The translations under genes were made by a program, and so were the position numbers. Of a DNA stretch of 64,000 bases, positions 59,163 to 64,000 are shown in pieces (the stretch's first letter is position 1; each line of letters begins with the position of its first letter). The notes below the pieces were generated by a model. It saw only the letters and a program-made list of their open reading frames with translations. It was not told the DNA's origin and did no database searches. The stretch comes from Nitrospirota bacterium (GTDB taxonomy: Bacteria > Nitrospirota > UBA9217), in assembly GCA_963796285.1 (NCBI GenBank), contig CAWCKW010000012.1, forward strand, positions 96,001 to 160,000. The letters are read 5' to 3'.

Positions 59163-62100
59163 ATGTCATTTGACAAACATATAACGCCTGATCCTGAACA
59201 ATTATCGCAACTTGGGGTACAGGACACGGCCCAGGCGCTCAGAAACCTCGAGCTCTCGGGCGCAACGATCGGCGCGGAGGGGTTCTCGCAGCTGTTGCCG
59301 CTGCTGCTTGCCGATCTGTCCAGGGCCGCTGATCCCGACATGGCATTGAACAATTTCGAGCGCTTTGCGGGCGCGCTCGCGGACATTCCCTCCTTTGTTT
59401 CGCTCTGCCGGACGAACCACGATATCCTTCGCTCTCTCATCACGATCTTCGGCGCCAGCCGGTTCCTATCCACCTTCCTCGTCACGATCGCAGATGAAAG
59501 TCTGACGCTTCTGTCCGATCCGGTCTTTCTCGCACAGCAGAGCGACAAACAGGGCTTTGCGGAACGCCTGGCAGCCATGATCAGGGACGACCTCGATGAT
59601 AAAGGCTTCTTTCACTGGTTGAGGCTGTTCCGCAAACAAGAGATGCTCAGGATCGGTCTGCGCGACCTGCTCGTCAGGGCGGACCTGCAGGAGACGGTGG
59701 CGGACCTGTCCCATCTCGCCGAGGTTTGCCTGCAGAAGGCGTATGAATGGGCCGATGCCGGGTTCGCCAAACGATACGGCAGACCGATCCTTGAAAACCC
59801 CGACGGATCAATGACACCGGCCGGGTTCGCGGTCATCGCCATGGGAAAACTCGGAGGCATGGAACTGAACTTCAGCTCCGATGTCGACCTCATGTATGTC
59901 TATACCGCTGACGGCGAGACCGAGGGGGTCCTCTCCGCAGACGGTCTCAGAACGAACCGGATATCGAACCACGAGTATTTTATCAAGCTCGCGGAGAAGC
60001 TGAGCGCGGCGATCGGCGAGAAGACCGGGGACGGGTTCGTGTTCCGCGTGGACATGCGTCTCCGTCCCGAGGGGCAGCGCGGCCCGCTGGCCCAGAGCCT
60101 GGGGGGATACGAGATCTACTACGAGTCCTGGGGCCAGACCTGGGAGCGGTCGGCGCTGCTCAAGGCACGGCCGGTGGCCGGCGACGAGGCCGTGGGCGGG
60201 GAATTCATGGACCGTATCGCGCCCTTTGTGTACCGGAAGTATCTCGACTACAGTGCGATCGCCGAGATCCGCGATATGAAGCAAAAGATCAACAGGGACG
60301 TGGAGCAGAAGGGCAGGACGAACCGCGATGTGAAGCTCGGCTACGGCGGCATCCGGGAGATCGAGTTCGTGATCCAGGCGCTTCAGCTTGTCTATGCCGG
60401 CAGGGACCGGACGCTGCGCGAAAAGAACGCCCTCAAGGCCCTCCATATCCTTTCGCAAAAGGGGCTCATCTCCTATCAGGAGCACGCTGTTCTTTCCAAT
60501 GCCTACATTTTCCTCCGGACCGTGGAGCACCGGATCCAGATCCTCGATGATCTTCAGACCCAAACGCTTCCGGACGATGAACGCGAACTTCGCGCCCTTG
60601 CCCGCCGTACGGGCTATTTTGGACCCGGCAAAGAGGCGGAGGCATTGCTCCACGACTATGCCGAGCACACGAAGAAGGTCAGGGCCATCTACGACGACCT
60701 GTTCGCCTTTACCGGAGAAGAGGGAGCCGACGGATCATCGGTCAAGGACTATTCAGCCTTGCTTGATCCGGAAACGCCGGAGCAGGAGGCGGTTTCTCTC
60801 TTGGGGAAGCTCGGGTTCAGGGACCCCGCCAAGGCGTACCGGGACCTGCTGTTGCTGCGTGAAGGCACCGCCTTCGTTCATCAGACTCCGCGAAGCCGCA
60901 GACTTTTTTACGAGGTCTTTCCGGCGCTGTTCCGGGAGATCATCGCTTCACCCGATCCCGACATGGCGCTGAACCATCTCGAGTCCTTTCTTGCGGCACA
61001 GGGTTCGTGGGAAGCATTCCAGGCGCTGATGAGGATCGACCCGTCAGCCGGCAAGGTCCTGATCGCGGTATTTGCCAACAGCGAGTATCTGTCGCGAATG
61101 CTGGTGAGCAGGCCCATACTCCTCCAGAACCTGATCGAATCGCGAAAGTCATCCAAAGCAGGCACCTGCGCCGCCTTTGCAAAGGAACTTGGCGACGTCC
61201 TTGATCTCTCCCCGGACTTAGCATCGAAACTTGACGCCCTGCGGCGGTTCAAGAACCTGGAAGAGATCCGGATCGGCATGGCGGACCTGTTGTCGAATAT
61301 GCCTTTGGCAGCGGTCTCCCGCGAGCTGTCGAAGCTCGCGGAGGTCTGTCTCGACGCCGCGCTTGCGCTCGCGGCATCCGAAACCGGCATGCGGTATAAC
61401 GCGCAGGGGTCCACAACAGGCCTTGCCGTCATTGGCGTGGGAAAACTTGGCGGCAGGGAGCTTTCCTACGGCTCCGACCTCGACATTCTCTTTGTCTTTA
61501 CCGAGTCCCGGGCAGCGGCCCCGCCAACAGGCCTGACGGTGTCGGAATATTTCAGCAAAGTGGCGGAAAAGACCATCTCCTATCTCTCCACGCTCACGCG
61601 AGAGGGGTTCGTGTTCCGCGTGGACACCCGGCTTCGGCCCACGGGTTCCAAAGGTCCGCTGGTGCAGAGCATTGACGCGTTCAAGAACTACTATGCACAT
61701 CATGCGGAGACCTGGGAACTCCAGGCGCTGCTGAGGGCGAGGCGCGTGGCAGGGGACGGCGTGGTGGGAAAAGAGTTTGCTTCATCCATCGGAGACCTGA
61801 TCTACCGTGATCAGGACCGGACCTCACTGGCCAAAGACATCATCTCGATGCGCCGTCGGATGGAGGACGAGATCGCGAGGGAAAGCGCGGCAACATACAA
61901 TATCAAACAGGGCGCCGGCGGCCTGGTGGACATTGAGTTCCTTGTCCAGTATTTGCAGCTGCTCCACGGGAAGCAACACCGGAGGGTCCGGGTCCCGGGA
62001 ACGCACAATGCCTTGCGGGCACTGAAAAGAAAGGGGCTTCTTGACGAGGAGGCATACCGGACCTTGATGAGGGCTTATCTTTTCATGAGACAGCTCGAGA

Positions 62101-62285
62101 GCAGGATGCGGATCGTTTCGAACCAGGCGACGAGCGGACTGAGCAGAGACCCGGAAAAGCTCCGGCCCCTTGCGCTGCGCATGGGATACCTGGATGGGGA
62201 GACATCGGCAGGGCAGAAGCTTCTCGAGGAGTACGAATCGTTGAGCAGACAGGTGAGATTTGTTTTTGACAGCTTGTTGAGGTAA
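59163..62285 (+). CDS. glnE: Glutamine synthetase adenylyltransferase/adenylyl-removing enzyme
   Basis: Two NT domains: MGKLGGMELNFSSDVDL...RVDMRLRPEG and GKLGGRELSYGSDLD...RVDTRLRPTG. Confidence 0.95.
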   Translation: MSFDKHITPDPEQLSQLGVQDTAQALRNLELSGATIGAEGFSQLLPLLLADLSRAADPDMALNNFERFAGALADIPSFVSLCRTNHDILRSLITIFGASRFLSTFLVTIADESLTLLSDPVFLAQQSDKQGFAERLAAMIRDDLDDKGFFHWLRLFRKQEMLRIGLRDLLVRADLQETVADLSHLAEVCLQKAYEWADAGFAKRYGRPILENPDGSMTPAGFAVIAMGKLGGMELNFSSDVDLMYVYTADGETEGVLSADGLRTNRISNHEYFIKLAEKLSAAIGEKTGDGFVFRVDMRLRPEGQRGPLAQSLGGYEIYYESWGQTWERSALLKARPVAGDEAVGGEFMDRIAPFVYRKYLDYSAIAEIRDMKQKINRDVEQKGRTNRDVKLGYGGIREIEFVIQALQLVYAGRDRTLREKNALKALHILSQKGLISYQEHAVLSNAYIFLRTVEHRIQILDDLQTQTLPDDERELRALARRTGYFGPGKEAEALLHDYAEHTKKVRAIYDDLFAFTGEEGADGSSVKDYSALLDPETPEQEAVSLLGKLGFRDPAKAYRDLLLLREGTAFVHQTPRSRRLFYEVFPALFREIIASPDPDMALNHLESFLAAQGSWEAFQALMRIDPSAGKVLIAVFANSEYLSRMLVSRPILLQNLIESRKSSKAGTCAAFAKELGDVLDLSPDLASKLDALRRFKNLEEIRIGMADLLSNMPLAAVSRELSKLAEVCLDAALALAASETGMRYNAQGSTTGLAVIGVGKLGGRELSYGSDLDILFVFTESRAAAPPTGLTVSEYFSKVAEKTISYLSTLTREGFVFRVDTRLRPTGSKGPLVQSIDAFKNYYAHHAETWELQALLRARRVAGDGVVGKEFASSIGDLIYRDQDRTSLAKDIISMRRRMEDEIARESAATYNIKQGAGGLVDIEFLVQYLQLLHGKQHRRVRVPGTHNALRALKRKGLLDEEAYRTLMRAYLFMRQLESRMRIVSNQATSGLSRDPEKLRPLALRMGYLDGETSAGQKLLEEYESLSRQVRFVFDSLLR

Positions 62286-62413
62286 GGTCCGATAATTTCG
62301 GGCGGTTGTATGCTCGACCAGGTAATGTTCAAAAACACAAAATTTCTGCTAGAATTAAAATAAGGCCCTCGCAATTCGAATAATTAATATCAATAACATC
62401 AGGAGGTGTTATT

Positions 62414-63214
62414 ATGATCCGCAGATCAGTTTTGCTTGTTGTCTCAGCGCTGGTCATGGCAGGCATGGTGTCGTCAGCCTTTGCCGCCGGGCAGTCTTCG
62501 TTCTCCATCAGTCCCTCTCCCCTGGCTACCCCGGTATTTGATGGGTACGAGAACGATCTAAAGATTGGAGCCACCTACCTGCAAATGAAAAGCAGTGCTT
62601 CCACGACCGCTGGCCGTGGATTTAAACTGGATGGCTATGGCATCACTGCGGCTGGCAGGTCGGCATATAGCGATCAATTTGCCATTGATTACGCTATTGG
62701 AGTTATCTCTCTGAACGGGCACATGGGTGCGGGAAACGCCATGAAACTCGACGGTGTGTCCGTTCCGATCAGCGTCGATCTCGAGGTTCAGCCTTACAAA
62801 AACAATGTATTCAATGTTATTGTCTTTGCCGGACCGGCGTTCAATATCTCGTCAATGAACTTGGATAATGTACCGGCGGTCTTCAGGTCGAACGTTGTGC
62901 GTGATTCGTGGACCATTGATTCTTATTTGTATGGACTGCAGGGTGGGGTCCAGATGGGCCTTCGGCTCGGTAATGTGCTTGTGGATATTTTTGGGATGGC
63001 GGACAGAAAGCGGGGAACCCAGGACATCACAAAAACATTTAGCCCGAACACATCAGATAGTATCCCCGCATTCTCGACGACCTCCTATGGACTCGATCTT
63101 ATGTATGTCCCCTGGGGGTTAACGCTCGGTGCGATGCGTCAGGACGCCTGGCAGAGAGATGATAACGGGACCAAAACGTACATCTATACGATTTCCTGGA
63201 GCCATAGGTTCTAA
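62414..63214 (+). CDS. Putative outer-membrane beta-barrel protein
   Basis: Signal peptide (AFA), alternating beta-strand pattern, C-terminal YTISWSHRF. Confidence 0.6.
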   Translation: MIRRSVLLVVSALVMAGMVSSAFAAGQSSFSISPSPLATPVFDGYENDLKIGATYLQMKSSASTTAGRGFKLDGYGITAAGRSAYSDQFAIDYAIGVISLNGHMGAGNAMKLDGVSVPISVDLEVQPYKNNVFNVIVFAGPAFNISSMNLDNVPAVFRSNVVRDSWTIDSYLYGLQGGVQMGLRLGNVLVDIFGMADRKRGTQDITKTFSPNTSDSIPAFSTTSYGLDLMYVPWGLTLGAMRQDAWQRDDNGTKTYIYTISWSHRF

Positions 63215-63484
63215 CTATAAAAATTCTCCCTCTATGTCTATCTGCGAAGGGCAGGGTATCAGTCCCGCCTTTTTTTTCACCTCACCATAAGGGTTTCTTA
63301 TCGGTTCATCGTATGAATTAATGGATTTCCCGCGCTCAAGTGGAACATTTTTCTTGACAACTTCTCCATCATTATAATAACATAACAAACCGTGCAAATT
63401 GAAACTGCGCAATTGCATTACGCAATGGATCGGTCATGCATATCAAGTTAGTCTATTGAATTCATAGGAAAGAAAGGAAAAGAA

Positions 63485-64000
63485 ATGGTACAGCATTATT
63501 TGAAATTCTCTGTCATGCTGTTGGTCGTTCTGTCCATGCTGACCGCAGCCGGGACGGTGTTCGCTTCGAACGACGCGACAGCTTCTGCTCCCGCGCCAAT
63601 AGAAGCAGCGGAACTCGGTGATACCCATGCGGCAACGCCTGGCCCGGTTTCTGTTGTGCCGGGGTCGACCACACCCTGGTGGATCTGGCCTCTGGCATTG
63701 TTCGTCACCACGTTCATCCTCGGCATCCTGGCGGTGCTCGGCGGCGTGGGCGGCGGCGTGTTGTTCGTGCCGATCGTGGGCGGTTTTTTCCCGTTCAACA
63801 TAGATTTCGTGAGAGGCGCCGGTCTCCTTGTTGCTCTCGCAGGCGCGCTTGCCGCGGGTCCGGGTCTGCTGAAGAGGAACCTCGCGAGCCTCCGGCTGGC
63901 GCTTCCCGTGGCGGTGATCGCTTCGGCGGCCGCGATCGGCGGCGCGATGATCGGCCTCGCACTCAAGCCGAACGTGGTGAACACCCTCCTTGGCGCGACG
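63485..64000 (+). CDS. Sulfite exporter TauE/SafE family protein, 3'-truncated by window edge
   Basis: Open to the window end; LGILAVLGGVGGGVLFVP...DFVRGAGL. Confidence 0.8.
   Translation, partial: MVQHYLKFSVMLLVVLSMLTAAGTVFASNDATASAPAPIEAAELGDTHAATPGPVSVVPGSTTPWWIWPLALFVTTFILGILAVLGGVGGGVLFVPIVGGFFPFNIDFVRGAGLLVALAGALAAGPGLLKRNLASLRLALPVAVIASAAAIGGAMIGLALKPNVVNTLLGAT

Overview
Bacterial chromosomal segment, moderately GC-rich in core genes. Gene content suggests an anaerobic or microaerobic Nitrospirota/Desulfobacterota-like organism (inference, no search run). Housekeeping genes: tsaC, PhoH, argD/argF, queF, tatAC, mobB, hemL, atpZ/I, rnr, glnE. Selenocysteine machinery: selA, selB and tRNA-Sec. 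Energy metabolism: NfnAB, system II cytochrome c maturation, and an ~11 kb electron-transfer island with two cytochrome c-FeS-NrfD modules, a Rieske/cytochrome b/pentaheme module, an 11-heme cytochrome and two triheme c7 proteins (30 CxxCH motifs in total). Accessory DNA: an IS1111-type IS110 element with a probable bridge/seek RNA, a degenerate attC site, a restriction-enzyme/four-helix-bundle deletion scar and a duplicated rnr 3' end. Most notable unannotated signals: (i) inverted arrays of 7-nt repeats found both around a four-helix-bundle gene (between selA and selB) and empty (before rnr); (ii) a 41-aa Arg-rich sORF with a Cle-type c-di-GMP-binding motif near a degenerate GGDEF gene; (iii) a small pseudoknot-forming insertion with a 9-bp direct repeat, nested in other repeats. 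Single-base frameshifts in argF and one nrfD may be sequencing errors. All calls come from motif recognition by eye.
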